A stretch of 64,000 bases of DNA from an uncultured Chloroflexia bacterium (GCA_963707345.1 CAVPPE010000003.1:128072-192071), one strand, 5' to 3'; counted from the first letter of the stretch, positions 36,259-45,898 are shown. Translations and numbers: made by a program. The notes: generated by a model from the sequence alone, not told the origin.

Positions 36259-38346
36259 TTAGCGGGCAATCAGCACGACGACCGAGCGGGAGGCAGCCTG
36301 GTAGGTTGAGTCGGCGATTTCGGGTTCGGTTCCTCCGTCGGGCAGGTCGGCCGGCGAGTCCAGTGCCGTGTCCACCGCGCGGTGCCAGGCCCGGCCGTCG
36401 TCCAGCGGCGGCAGCGCAAAATCCAGCGACTCCCAGAATGCGTTGACGATGCAGTAGATGTCGCTGTCGCCGGGGTAGTCGTGCAGCGAAAAGGCTATGC
36501 TATGCGATGCGTCTCCCCAATCCGGCCGGTTCAATTCAGTCCCGTGCCAGCTCAGATATTTCATTCTTCCGTCCGGCTTGCGCCGCTCGGAGATAAAGCT
36601 TTCGCTGTTGAGGCCGGGGTGGGTGCGGTGGAAACGGATCATCCCTTTGACAAAGCGGCGCAGCTCGGCGTTTTTTGCCACCAGTTCCCAGTCAAACCAG
36701 CTAATCTCGTTGTCCTGGCAATAGGCATTGTTGTTGCCCCGCTGCGTCCGGCGCACCTCTGACCCCATCTGGATCATGGGGGTTCCCTGGGAGATAAAGA
36801 GAACCGCAATCAAGTTCTTGATCTGGCGTAGGCGGAGTCGTTCGATTGCCGGGTCGTCGGTCGGCCCTTCGACGCCACAGTTCCAACTCAGGTTGATGTC
36901 CAGCCCGTCCCGATTGTCCTCGCCGTTGGCCTCGTTGTGCTTGCGGTCGTAGGTGACCAGATCGTTGAGTGTGAAACCATCGTGGCAGGTGATAAAATTA
37001 ATACTGCGGTGGGGTTGCCGGCCGGGGTCGGTGTATAGGTCCGGGCTGCCGACCAACCGGGCGGCAAATGCCTGCACCATGCCCCGTTCCCCCTTGATAA
37101 AGCGGCGAACGTCGTCCCGATAGCGGCCGTTCCACTCTGCCCAGCGGTCGCCAATAAAGGAGCCGACCTGGTACAGTCCGGCCGCGTCCCACGCCTCGGC
37201 GATAATCTTGGTATTGGCCAGCACCGGGTCGGACTCGATCTCCCACAGGATGGGCGGGTTATCCATCGGCCGGCCCTCTTCGTCGCGGGAGAAAATGGAG
37301 GCCAGGTCAAAGCGAAAGCCATCCACGTGCATCTCTTGCACCCAGTAGCGCAGGCAGTCCAGAATCAGCCGGCGGACGACGGCGTGATTGGTCTTGAGCG
37401 TGTTGCCTGTGCCGCTGTAGTTGCTGTAGACGCTTCTGTCCCGCTGGTCCAGCAGGTAATAGGCGCGGTTTTCCAGCCCGCGGAAACTGATGGTTGGCCC
37501 ATCGGCCGCGCCCTCGGCCGTGTGGTTGAACACCACATCCAGGATCACCTCAATCCCGGCCCGGTGCAGCGCTTTGACCATGGCGCGAAATTCCTGCACG
37601 GCGCACTGATAGAGGCCGTTGGAGGCATAGCCCTGGTGTGGGGCAAAAAAGCCAATTGGGTCGTAGCCCCAGTAGTTGGTCAGTTGCTCTCCAGTGATGG
37701 GGTTGCGCTGGTACACGCCCTGCGGGTCAAACTGCTGGACCGGCAATAACTCCGCGGCCGTGACCCCTAAATCCTTCAGGTAGGGAATCTTTTCCACCAC
37801 GCCGGCATAGGTGCCGGGATACGTTACTCCAGAGGATGGGTGCTGGGTGAAACCCCGCACGTGCATTTCGTAAATCACCATATCGCAGAAAGCCAGGCCC
37901 AATGGCTGATCCCCTTCCCAATCATAGTCGCCGGCGTTCACCACCATGGCCTTGAGCGAACTGGCATAGTTGGTGTTGAATCCGCATGCCGCGTCCCGCC
38001 GCCAGTTATCCCCATAGACCACGCAGCGGGCGTAGGGGTCCAGCAGAACTTTGGCATAGTTGAAGCGGTGTCCTTCCTCCGGCCGGTACGGGCCGGCGAC
38101 GCGGAAACCGTAAATCTGCCCCGGCCCGATATCGTGGACCTGCACATGCCAGTAATAGAAGGTTTTGTTGTAGCGCGGGTCCAATGGGATGATGTGGGCC
38201 GGGTGCGGTTCGTCGTAGTGGTTGAATAGCAGCAGTTCAACGGCCGTGCCGTTTTTGGTAAAGATGCAAAAGTTGATGCCATCCTCCAGGACAGTTGCGC
38301 CCATGGGGTAGGAGCGGCCGGGGGAGATTTGGAGGGATGTGGTCAT
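36259..38346 (-). CDS. glgX: Glycogen debranching enzyme GlgX (isoamylase-type GH13)
   Basis: 695 aa with an N-terminal CBM48-like YPMGATVLEDGINFCIF and GH13 blocks (DVVFNHT, GFRFDLAS, EAWD, FITCHDGFTLNDL). Confidence 0.88.
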   Translation of the reverse strand: MTTSLQISPGRSYPMGATVLEDGINFCIFTKNGTAVELLLFNHYDEPHPAHIIPLDPRYNKTFYYWHVQVHDIGPGQIYGFRVAGPYRPEEGHRFNYAKVLLDPYARCVVYGDNWRRDAACGFNTNYASSLKAMVVNAGDYDWEGDQPLGLAFCDMVIYEMHVRGFTQHPSSGVTYPGTYAGVVEKIPYLKDLGVTAAELLPVQQFDPQGVYQRNPITGEQLTNYWGYDPIGFFAPHQGYASNGLYQCAVQEFRAMVKALHRAGIEVILDVVFNHTAEGAADGPTISFRGLENRAYYLLDQRDRSVYSNYSGTGNTLKTNHAVVRRLILDCLRYWVQEMHVDGFRFDLASIFSRDEEGRPMDNPPILWEIESDPVLANTKIIAEAWDAAGLYQVGSFIGDRWAEWNGRYRDDVRRFIKGERGMVQAFAARLVGSPDLYTDPGRQPHRSINFITCHDGFTLNDLVTYDRKHNEANGEDNRDGLDINLSWNCGVEGPTDDPAIERLRLRQIKNLIAVLFISQGTPMIQMGSEVRRTQRGNNNAYCQDNEISWFDWELVAKNAELRRFVKGMIRFHRTHPGLNSESFISERRKPDGRMKYLSWHGTELNRPDWGDASHSIAFSLHDYPGDSDIYCIVNAFWESLDFALPPLDDGRAWHRAVDTALDSPADLPDGGTEPEIADSTYQAASRSVVVLIAR

Positions 38347-38359
38347 TCGACGACCTTTG

Positions 38360-40468
38360 CTATGCCAGAATGGCCCGGCCGTCCACAGCGACGGCTCCCT
38401 GCCCGGCCGGCAGGGTGCGGAGCGGGTTGATCTCCAACTCGGCGATCTGGGGCATGTCCAGCGCCATCTGGGAAAGCCGCAAGAGCGCGTCGATCACTGC
38501 ATCACGATCGGCCGGGGGCGCTCCTCGCCAGCCCTTCAGTCGCCTGCTGACCAGCGTTCCCTCCAGCATCCGTTCTGCCTCGCCGCGCGTCAGCGGGGCA
38601 ACGCCTAACGCCACGTCCCGCACCAGTTCTACCTCCGTGCCGCCCGATCCGACCAGCAGCAGCGGGCCAAACTGTGGGTCGCGCTTCCAGCCAACGATCA
38701 CCTCCTGTCCGGCCGGGATCATCTGCTGCACCGTCACGCCGTCCAGGCGGGCCTCCGGCCGGTGGCGCTGGACGGCCGCCATGATGCGCGTGAAACCGGC
38801 TCGCACCGCATCCGGGTCGGCCAGCCCTGTCTCCACCCCGCCCACGTCGCTTTTGTGGGTGATGTCCGGCGAGGCGACTTTGAGCGCGGCTGGAAAACCC
38901 ATCTCTTGGGCCTGGGCGACGGCTTCTTCGGCCGTCATCGCCAGCCGGTCTGCCGGGATGCGGATGCCGTACGCCGCCAGCAGACGGCCGGTCTCCGAGC
39001 CACCCAGGACGGTTGCGCCGGAGTGTTCCACCTGTTGCAGGATGGCCTGTGCGGCCTCCCGGTCGGCCGGGAAGGGCGATGGTGGCGTCTCCGGAGGCGC
39101 TTCTAGCCAGTGCCGACGGGCCAGCATTGCTGCCAGGGTGGAGGCGACCCGCTCCGGAAAAGCGTAATTCGGCACCCGCCGGCGGTGGAGGATGTTGAGC
39201 GCGTCGGCCGTGCTGGCCAATCCCATGATGCATGCCAGCACCGGTTTTTTGCTGCCGGACGCTACCTCGCCCACCACCTCGGCCAGGCTGGTGGGGTAGA
39301 ACCAATCCTGCGGTGCCTGGATGACCACGGCCGCATCCACCGTTTCGTCTGCCAGCAGCGCGTCCAGCGCGCGGGCATAGGTGCCCGGTCCGGAGCCGGC
39401 CAGGATGTCCACCGGGTTGCGCACGCTGGCGTGGGCCGGGCAACGGGAGGCCAGGTATTCGCGGGTGGTTGGCGTGAGCGGGGCCAGCGCCAGCCCGGCC
39501 GCTTCCAGTGCGTCCACCGCCAGGATGCCCGGCCCGCCGGCGTTGGTCAGTACAGCCACCCGGTTGCCCTTGGGCAGCGGTTGCCAGGCCAGCGCTCGCG
39601 CCCAGTCAAATAGCTCTTCTAGCGAGTTGGCGCGCAGCACGCCGGCCTTGCGAAAAGCCGCGTCGTACGCCTCGGCGCTGCCTGCCAGCGCGCCGGTGTG
39701 GCTGGCCACAGCCCGCGCGCCGCCTTCTCCCCGGCCGACCTTGAGCATGACCAGCGGCTTTTTCCGCGCCGCCTCGGCCGCTACTTGCAGGAAAGCGTTG
39801 CCGTCTGCTACCCCTTCCAGGTAGCCGGTGATGACCCGGCTCTGGGGATCGGCCGCCATTTCGGCCAACAGTTCGGTTTCGTTTACGTCAGCGCCGTTGC
39901 CCAGGCTGACCATGCGGGAAAAGCCAACCCCGGCCCCGCGCGCCCAGTCAATCACGGCCGCCACCACCGCGCCGGACTGGGAGACAAAGGCAATGTCCCC
40001 GCTGCGCGGCATCCCCACCACAAAGGTGGTGTTGACCGGCGTGTGGGTGTCGATGGTGCCGATGCAGTTGGGGCCCAGCAGCCGCATCTGGTATTGAGCG
40101 GCCGTTTCGCGCAACGCCTGCTCCCGCACCTCGCCTTCGGGACCAATCTCGCTAAAGCCGCCGCTGACCACGATGGCGGCCGGGATTCCTGCCTGGCCGC
40201 ATTCAGCGACAGTGGGGATCACAGAGTCGGCCGGCACCACCACAATAGCCAGGTCTACCGGCCCGGGAACGTCCGCGATGCTGGGATAGCAATGGTATCC
40301 CAATACCTCGCGGGCCCGCGGGTTGACCGGATAGATCTGACCCCGATAGTGATACTCGTGCAGGTTACGCACCACGCCGTAACCCAGCTTGTGCGTATCC
40401 CGGCTGGCACCAATGATGGCGATGCTGCGCGGGTTGAAAAAGTAACTGAGATGCTGTCTGTTTACCAT
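38360..40468 (-). CDS. Acetate--CoA ligase (ADP-forming) family protein (CoA-binding + ATP-grasp fusion)
   Basis: The ATG at 40468 gives FFNPRSIAIIGASRD, a CoA-binding start. The middle resembles succinyl-CoA-synthetase and the C-terminus is ATP-grasp. The track ORF start at 40720 would add an implausible 84-aa extension across the promoter region. Confidence 0.8.
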   Translation of the reverse strand: MVNRQHLSYFFNPRSIAIIGASRDTHKLGYGVVRNLHEYHYRGQIYPVNPRAREVLGYHCYPSIADVPGPVDLAIVVVPADSVIPTVAECGQAGIPAAIVVSGGFSEIGPEGEVREQALRETAAQYQMRLLGPNCIGTIDTHTPVNTTFVVGMPRSGDIAFVSQSGAVVAAVIDWARGAGVGFSRMVSLGNGADVNETELLAEMAADPQSRVITGYLEGVADGNAFLQVAAEAARKKPLVMLKVGRGEGGARAVASHTGALAGSAEAYDAAFRKAGVLRANSLEELFDWARALAWQPLPKGNRVAVLTNAGGPGILAVDALEAAGLALAPLTPTTREYLASRCPAHASVRNPVDILAGSGPGTYARALDALLADETVDAAVVIQAPQDWFYPTSLAEVVGEVASGSKKPVLACIMGLASTADALNILHRRRVPNYAFPERVASTLAAMLARRHWLEAPPETPPSPFPADREAAQAILQQVEHSGATVLGGSETGRLLAAYGIRIPADRLAMTAEEAVAQAQEMGFPAALKVASPDITHKSDVGGVETGLADPDAVRAGFTRIMAAVQRHRPEARLDGVTVQQMIPAGQEVIVGWKRDPQFGPLLLVGSGGTEVELVRDVALGVAPLTRGEAERMLEGTLVSRRLKGWRGAPPADRDAVIDALLRLSQMALDMPQIAELEINPLRTLPAGQGAVAVDGRAILA

Positions 40469-40484
40469 GCCGAAACCTGTAGGT

Positions 40485-40565
40485 GAATGACGAAAGATGA
40501 AGGACGAAGGACCACTGTTGGCCCGCGTCTGCTTTTCCGTCATTCGTCGTCCATCTTTCGTCGTC
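40485..40565 (-). promoter_or_regulatory. Imperfect inverted repeat / predicted 5'-terminal stem-loop of the acetyl-CoA synthetase mRNA
   Basis: gacgaaagatg (40489-40499) is perfectly complementary to catctttcgtc (40552-40562). gacgaa (40503-40508) pairs with ttcgtc (40543-40548), with a 3x3 internal loop between them. The apical loop is about 26 nt. Both arms are built from GACGAA-like units. Confidence 0.5.
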
Positions 40566-40568
40566 TCT

Positions 40569-40577
40569 ATTGTAGCA
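40569..40577 (-). promoter_or_regulatory. Extended -10 promoter (TGCTACAAT on the minus strand) for the acetyl-CoA synthetase gene
   Basis: Plus-strand attgtagca at 40569-40577 is TGCTACAAT on the minus strand. The predicted TSS is near 40562, about 94 nt upstream of the ATG at 40468. Confidence 0.45.
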
Positions 40578-40647
40578 CGGCGCGGCCGGGCTGCCCAATG
40601 CAACCGGCCGGCTGTTACTTTTGTCACTACTAGCGGGCCGGCCGGCA

Positions 40648-40656
40648 TGCTACCAT
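40648..40656 (+). promoter_or_regulatory. Extended -10-like promoter (TGCTACCAT) for tdh-kbl
   Basis: tgctaccat lies at 40648-40656, and the ATG of tdh at 40698. Confidence 0.35.
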
Positions 40657-40697
40657 AAAAAACGCTGTTTTTCTGCCCAAATGAGGATGAATCCGGC

Positions 40698-41669
40698 ATG
40701 CCAACTGAGACGAAGCGCATCCTGGTGACCGGCGCGGCCGGTCAAATTGGTTCCGACCTGATCGCCGTGCTGTGCGACCGGCACGGCGCCAACAATGTGA
40801 TCGCCTCGGATATCCGGCCGCTCACCGCTCCCCAGCCTGGCCCATTTGAGTTACTGGACGTCACCGACCCGGCCGTGCTGGAGGCGGTGGTGGACAAGCA
40901 CCAGATCGACACCGTCTACCATATGGCGGCGATTCTTTCGGCCGTGGGGGAGGAAAAGCCGCACCTCTGCTGGCTCGTCAACATCAATGGGCTGACCAAC
41001 GTGCTGGAATTGGCCCGCCGGCGGAACCTGACTCGCGTTTTTTGCCCCAGTTCCATCGCCGTGTTTGGCTGCAATACCCCGTGCCACAACACGCCGCAGG
41101 ATACCGTTCTGAGCCCCACCACCATGTACGGCGTGACCAAGGTGGCCGGCGAGCTGTTGTGCGACTATTACGCCCGTCGGTTTGGCGTCGACGTGCGCGG
41201 GGTGCGCTACCCCGGCCTCATCAGCAGCGAGACACTGCCCGGAGGCGGGACGACCGACTATGCGGTGGCGATTTATTATGAGGCGATTGCCCACCGGCGT
41301 TACACATGCTTTGTAAGCCAGGATACGGTGCTGCCGATGATGTACATGCCCGACGCCATCAAGGCGACCCTCGATCTGATGGATGCGGACCGCTCCCGGC
41401 TACAGCACCCGGCCAACTATAATCTGGCGGCGATGAGCTTTTCGGCCGGCGAGTTGGCGGCCGAGATCAGAAAGCACGTCCCTGATTTCAAAGTCGAATA
41501 TGAGCCCGATTTTCGCCAGGCGATTGCCGACTCCTGGCCTCACTCGATTGACGACAGCGCGGCGCGGGAAGATTGGAACTGGCGGCCGGATTATGACCTG
41601 GCAGCGATGACGGCCGACATGCTGGACAAGTTGGGCCGGCGGCACGCGGCGGGCAAGCTGTATCCATAG
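40698..41669 (+). CDS. tdh: NAD-dependent L-threonine 3-dehydrogenase, extended-SDR (UDP-glucose-4-epimerase-like) type
   Basis: It has a Rossmann motif (ILVTGAAGQIGS) and YGVTK (the YxxxK catalytic pair). It lies immediately upstream of kbl, which fits the known tdh-kbl pairing. Confidence 0.75.
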   Translation: MPTETKRILVTGAAGQIGSDLIAVLCDRHGANNVIASDIRPLTAPQPGPFELLDVTDPAVLEAVVDKHQIDTVYHMAAILSAVGEEKPHLCWLVNINGLTNVLELARRRNLTRVFCPSSIAVFGCNTPCHNTPQDTVLSPTTMYGVTKVAGELLCDYYARRFGVDVRGVRYPGLISSETLPGGGTTDYAVAIYYEAIAHRRYTCFVSQDTVLPMMYMPDAIKATLDLMDADRSRLQHPANYNLAAMSFSAGELAAEIRKHVPDFKVEYEPDFRQAIADSWPHSIDDSAAREDWNWRPDYDLAAMTADMLDKLGRRHAAGKLYP

Positions 41670-41738
41670 GCGTCCACCTGCCAGCCGTCGGCGATCAGCA
41701 GGCGAGTGGCGGTAGGCTGCGTTTACACGGAGGAATCC

Positions 41739-42938
41739 ATGATAGACAAACTTGATTTTATCCGGGACGAGCTGGCGCAATTGCGCGAGAGCAACGCGTT
41801 TATCAACATTCGCACCATGGATTCGGCCGCCGATGGCTGGATGGTGGTGGATGGCAAGCGGGTGCTCAACTTTTGCACCAACAACTACCTGGGGCTGGCA
41901 AATCACCCTCAACTGAAGGCAAAGGCGCAGCAGGCAATTGAAAAGTGGGGGGTTGGCCCGGCCGCTGTACGCACCATCGCCGGCACCCAGGCCCTGCACC
42001 TGGAGTTTGAGCGTCGCATGGCGCAGTTCAAAGGGGTGGATGCCTCCATGCTGGTCCAGTCTGGTTTTTGTGCCAACCAGGCGGCCCTGCCGGCATTGGT
42101 CGGCCGGGACCGCGAGACGGGCGCGCAGGACGTCATCTTTTCCGACCGGCTGAACCACGCCAGCATCATTGATGGGGCGCGGCTCTCCGGAGCCAAGATC
42201 GTGGTCTATGAGCATTGCGACCCTGCCAGCCTGGAAGAGGCCATCAAGGAAAATCTACCCAAGTATCGGCGCAGCCTGATGGTCACCGACGGGGTCTTTA
42301 GTATGGATGGCGATGTGGCTCCGCTGGACAAGCTGTATCAGGTGGCGGAAAAGTACGGCGTTCTGACGATGGTTGACGACGCGCACGGTGAGGGCGTGCT
42401 GGGCGATGGCAAGGGGATTGTGGCGCACTTTGGCCTGCATGGCCAATTCGACGTCGAGATCGGTACGCTTTCCAAGGCGTTTGGGGTAATGGGCGGTGTG
42501 ATTGCCGGCAAGCAAGAGATTGTGGACTATATCCGGCAAAAGGCCCGGCCGAACCTCTTTTCCAGTGCGCTGACACCGGCCGACACGGCCGCCTGCCTGG
42601 CCGCAGTGGATCTGCTGGAGGAATCCAAAGAACTGGTGGATCGGCTGTGGCAGAATACCGATTATTTCAAGTCAGAGATGCAGCGACTGGGCTTTGACAC
42701 CGGCACCACACAGACCCCTATTGTGCCCATCATCATCGGCGAGGTAGCCAAGGCCAAACTGTTCTCCGCCCGCCTGTTTGAGGAGGGTGTCTTTGCCATG
42801 GCGCTGGGCTTCCCAACCGTCCCCCAGGGCACGGCCCGCATCCGGGTGATGAACACGGCCGCTCATACGCAGGATGACCTGGACCTCGGCCTGTCCATCT
42901 TTGCCAGGGTCGGCCGGGAGCTGGGGGTTATTGCCTGA
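41739..42938 (+). CDS. kbl: Glycine C-acetyltransferase (2-amino-3-ketobutyrate CoA ligase)
   Basis: The ATG at 41739 follows ggagga. It shows alpha-oxoamine synthase blocks (NNYLGLANHP, DRLNHASIIDG, DDAHGEGVLG, GTLSKAFG with the PLP lysine). Confidence 0.88.
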   Translation: MIDKLDFIRDELAQLRESNAFINIRTMDSAADGWMVVDGKRVLNFCTNNYLGLANHPQLKAKAQQAIEKWGVGPAAVRTIAGTQALHLEFERRMAQFKGVDASMLVQSGFCANQAALPALVGRDRETGAQDVIFSDRLNHASIIDGARLSGAKIVVYEHCDPASLEEAIKENLPKYRRSLMVTDGVFSMDGDVAPLDKLYQVAEKYGVLTMVDDAHGEGVLGDGKGIVAHFGLHGQFDVEIGTLSKAFGVMGGVIAGKQEIVDYIRQKARPNLFSSALTPADTAACLAAVDLLEESKELVDRLWQNTDYFKSEMQRLGFDTGTTQTPIVPIIIGEVAKAKLFSARLFEEGVFAMALGFPTVPQGTARIRVMNTAAHTQDDLDLGLSIFARVGRELGVIA

Positions 42939-43020
42939 TTCCCACCCTCCCAACCGCATCGAGTTTCAGCCCTGGGCAGGCTTTCCGGCTGCTTGTGACA
43001 CTTGCTTTCTCAGTCCACCA

Positions 43021-43029
43021 TGCTACAAT
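43021..43029 (+). promoter_or_regulatory. Extended -10 promoter (TGCTACAAT) upstream of the bifunctional nuclease gene
   Basis: tgctacaat lies at 43021-43029, and the start codon at 43056/43059. Confidence 0.5.
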
Positions 43030-43058
43030 CTTAGCCAGCCTGGAAAGCGAGGTCATTG

Positions 43059-43547
43059 ATGATCCAAGTTGTGATTGATAGTATCCGCGTGAGTCTCATG
43101 TCGCCGCATCGCGTGATCCTGCTAAAGGAGATGGATAGCGAGCGCCAACTGCCCATCTGGATTGGGCCGTTCGAGACCGATGCTATCGTAGTCGAATTAC
43201 AGCAGGTGGAGACGGCCCGGCCGCTCACCCACGATTTGCTGAGGAACATCATCCAAACATTGGGCGGCCAGGTGTCCCACGTCTTGGTGAACGAGTTGAA
43301 GGACGATTACTTTACCGCCCGCGTCGTGATTGACCAGAATGGCCAATTGCTGGAGATTGACGCGCGTCCATCAGACGCGATTGCGCTGGCGGTCCGCGTC
43401 AAGGTTCCCATCTTTGTGTCTCCATCCGTGATGGACGAGGCGGGCGTGCTTCCGGAAGAAGAGATCATATCGGTCGAAGAGGCCCAAGTCAACGACAACT
43501 TGGATGCTTTTGCGGATTTCCTCGACACGCTGGACATGGACAACTGA
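43059..43547 (+). CDS. Bifunctional nuclease family protein (DUF151/BFN)
   Basis: The blocks RVILLKEMDSERQLPIWIGPFETDAIVVELQ...RPLTHDL...ARPSDAIALAVR match the BFN family pattern. An ATG at 43059 is directly preceded by an in-frame TTG at 43056. Confidence 0.75.
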   Translation: MIQVVIDSIRVSLMSPHRVILLKEMDSERQLPIWIGPFETDAIVVELQQVETARPLTHDLLRNIIQTLGGQVSHVLVNELKDDYFTARVVIDQNGQLLEIDARPSDAIALAVRVKVPIFVSPSVMDEAGVLPEEEIISVEEAQVNDNLDAFADFLDTLDMDN

Positions 43548-43829
43548 GCCGCCCCGGCAGTCTCGGCCGGACTGCCAACGTGCTCCGGGCTTTTGGATCT
43601 ACGCTTGTGGGCATGGCTAACCATCGCTGTGTCTGATATGGCGCGGGCAAATCCACTATTGAGCCAGGAATTGAACCATTGAAGCCACTACTCGGGCAGT
43701 ATTGTGTTTTTTGGGGTGTGCGGATGCACTGCCTTGCTTTACGCGGGATGTTCAACGTCCGCACAGCCTCCATCTTACCCTGCCCGGGCCTGGGTTGAGC
43801 CGTTACGTGTTGAGACAAGGAAAAGGGCG

Positions 43830-45188
43830 ATGAGCGCTGATTTGGCTGCAATCATGCCGGAAAAAGTGACCCCCAGCAACGTGGAGGCCGAAGAGGCCGT
43901 ATTGGGCTCGGTGCTGATCAACCCGGACGCGCTGTTTGACGTGGCCACCTTTCTCAAGCCGGACGATTTTTTCCTGGTGAAGAACGGCTGGATCTGGGAA
44001 GCTATCCTGGCGGTCCATGAGCGGCGCGATCCGATAGATTTCTTGACGGTGGTAGATGAACTGGATCGGCAGGGGCGGCTGGCTGAGTTGGGTGGTCCGG
44101 TGTACATCAGCCGGTTGATGGACGCGGTGCCCAGCGCCATCCACGCTGAGGCGTACGGCCGCATGGTGGAGCACAATGCGCTGCGCCGCCGCTTGCTGGC
44201 GGCCGCCAGCGAGATTGCACAGCTGGCCTACGATGAGCGGGAGAACGTTGATGTGGTGCTGGACCGGGCCGAGCAGGCTCTGTTCGGCGTTTCCGAGCGG
44301 CGGTTGTCCCGCGATCTGACCCCCATTCGCGATATCGTTGGCAAGTATTATGACCGCATCCAGGAGCTTTCCGAAAGAGATGAAGGCATCCTGGGCGTGC
44401 CGACTGGCTTTAGCTATTTGGATCAGATTCTGGGCGGGTTGCAGCGCTCTGACCTGGTCATCATCGCCGGCCGGCCTGGCATGGGCAAGACTGGCCTGCT
44501 GCTCAACTTTGCGCTCAACGCGGCCAAAAAGCACCGCAAGCGGGTTGCCGTCTTTAGCCTGGAGATGAGTGATGAGCAACTGGTCGGCCGGCTGGTGGCA
44601 GCCGAAACTGGTATTGACTCGCAGCGGTTGCGCCGCGGCGCGCTGCGCGAAGATGAATGGCAACTGTTCACCGAAGCCACCGGCCGGTTGGGCGACACGT
44701 TGATCTTTATCGATGATACCCCCTCCATTACCCCTCTGCAACTACGCACCAAGTGCCGCCGTATCTATGCTGAGTATGGGCTCGACCTGATTGTGCTGGA
44801 CTATTTGCAGTTGATGAGCAGTGATTTCCGCACCGACAATCGGGTGCAGGAGATCAGCTATATCTCGCGTCACCTCAAGGGGTTGGCGCGGGAGTTGAAC
44901 GTGCCGTTGGTGGCGGCCGCCCAGCTTTCACGCGCCGTGGAGCAGCGGCAGGACAAGCGGCCGATGCTCTCCGACCTGCGCGAGTCGGGTTCCATTGAGC
45001 AGGATGCGGACGTGGTGATGTTTATCTACCGAGACGAGTATTACAACAAAGAGGCGACGGAAAAGCCGGGCATTGCCGAGGTGGCGGTCTCCAAGCACCG
45101 CAACGGCCCTACCGGGATGGTGGAATTGTTCTTCAAGGCGGATTTGGCCCAGTTCCGCGAGCTGGAGCGGCGTCAGTTTAGCCAGTAA
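43830..45188 (+). CDS. dnaB: Replicative DNA helicase DnaB
   Basis: It has [18 protein letters not shown] at the N-terminus, a Walker A ([13 protein letters not shown]), a Walker B ([10 protein letters not shown]) and [13 protein letters not shown]. The ATG at 43830 is in frame with track ORF 43704..45188. Confidence 0.92.
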   Translation: MSADLAAIMPEKVTPSNVEAEEAVLGSVLINPDALFDVATFLKPDDFFLVKNGWIWEAILAVHERRDPIDFLTVVDELDRQGRLAELGGPVYISRLMDAVPSAIHAEAYGRMVEHNALRRRLLAAASEIAQLAYDERENVDVVLDRAEQALFGVSERRLSRDLTPIRDIVGKYYDRIQELSERDEGILGVPTGFSYLDQILGGLQRSDLVIIAGRPGMGKTGLLLNFALNAAKKHRKRVAVFSLEMSDEQLVGRLVAAETGIDSQRLRRGALREDEWQLFTEATGRLGDTLIFIDDTPSITPLQLRTKCRRIYAEYGLDLIVLDYLQLMSSDFRTDNRVQEISYISRHLKGLARELNVPLVAAAQLSRAVEQRQDKRPMLSDLRESGSIEQDADVVMFIYRDEYYNKEATEKPGIAEVAVSKHRNGPTGMVELFFKADLAQFRELERRQFSQ

Positions 45189-45190
45189 TC

Positions 45191-45898
45191 ATGCAAGGAT
45201 TCAGTGGGTTTCCCCCCGGCCGGCTCAAATCGGTGGCGCTGCCGGCGCTGTTCTTTAGCGAATTGCTGCCGATCATTGACCACCTGGCCGAACTGCGGTT
45301 GACGGTGTATGCTTTTTGGGCTTTGCACCAAAAAGAGGGCGAGATTCGTTACCTGCGTCGCCAGGATTTCCTGGCGGATGAAATACTGATGGAGAGTCTG
45401 GGCAAGCCGCGCCGCGCGGCCGAGGCGACCCTGAACGATGCGTTGGAACGGGCGGTAGCACGCGGCACGCTGTTGCAGGTCACCGTGGAGGGCGCGGCCG
45501 GCAGCGAGGAACTCTATTTCATGAACACCGAGCGCGGTCGGGCAGCCGTCGAGGGGATTACCCGCGGCGAATGGCGGCCGACCGGCGATGCAGACGAGCC
45601 GGTAGAGTTGCGCAGCCAGCGGCCGAACGTTTTTGTGCTGTACGAGCAGAACATCGGCCCGCTCACCCCGCTGATTGCGGAGCAGTTGCGCGACGCCGAG
45701 GAAGAGTACCCGGCCGCATGGATTGAAGAAGCGATCGAGATTGCGGTCAACAATAACGCCCGCAAGTGGGCGTATATCTCTCGCATTTTGGAGCGCTGGA
45801 AGGCGGAAGGAAGACACGATGCGACAAGTGGAGGAGATTTTACCCGAGATCGCCGCCGATATGTCGAAGGCAAGTACGGAGACCTCATCCAACACTGA
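45191..45898 (+). CDS. DnaD/DnaB_2 domain-containing replication protein (DnaD-like)
   Basis: It starts 2 nt after the dnaB stop. The C-terminal NVFVLYEQNIGPLTPLIAEQLRDAEEEYPAAWIEEAIEIAVNNNARKWAYISRILERWKAEG matches the DnaD C-terminal domain pattern. Confidence 0.65.
   Translation: MQGFSGFPPGRLKSVALPALFFSELLPIIDHLAELRLTVYAFWALHQKEGEIRYLRRQDFLADEILMESLGKPRRAAEATLNDALERAVARGTLLQVTVEGAAGSEELYFMNTERGRAAVEGITRGEWRPTGDADEPVELRSQRPNVFVLYEQNIGPLTPLIAEQLRDAEEEYPAAWIEEAIEIAVNNNARKWAYISRILERWKAEGRHDATSGGDFTRDRRRYVEGKYGDLIQH

Noticed and set aside
40469-40720. An 84-codon N-terminal extension of the acetyl-CoA synthetase ORF
   Set aside because: The extension would run through the divergent promoter region and across the tdh start codon. 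The family-typical N-terminus (FFNPRSIAIIGAS) begins right after the ATG at 40468.
43548-43829. A possible small RNA or terminator in the 282-nt gap before dnaB (hairpins at about 43557-43577 and tgtgcgga...tccgcaca around 43716-43764)
   Set aside because: The stems are short (7-8 bp), the second has a 33-nt loop, and I recognised no known ncRNA family (tmRNA, RNase P, SRP, 6S). This needs covariance-model or expression data.
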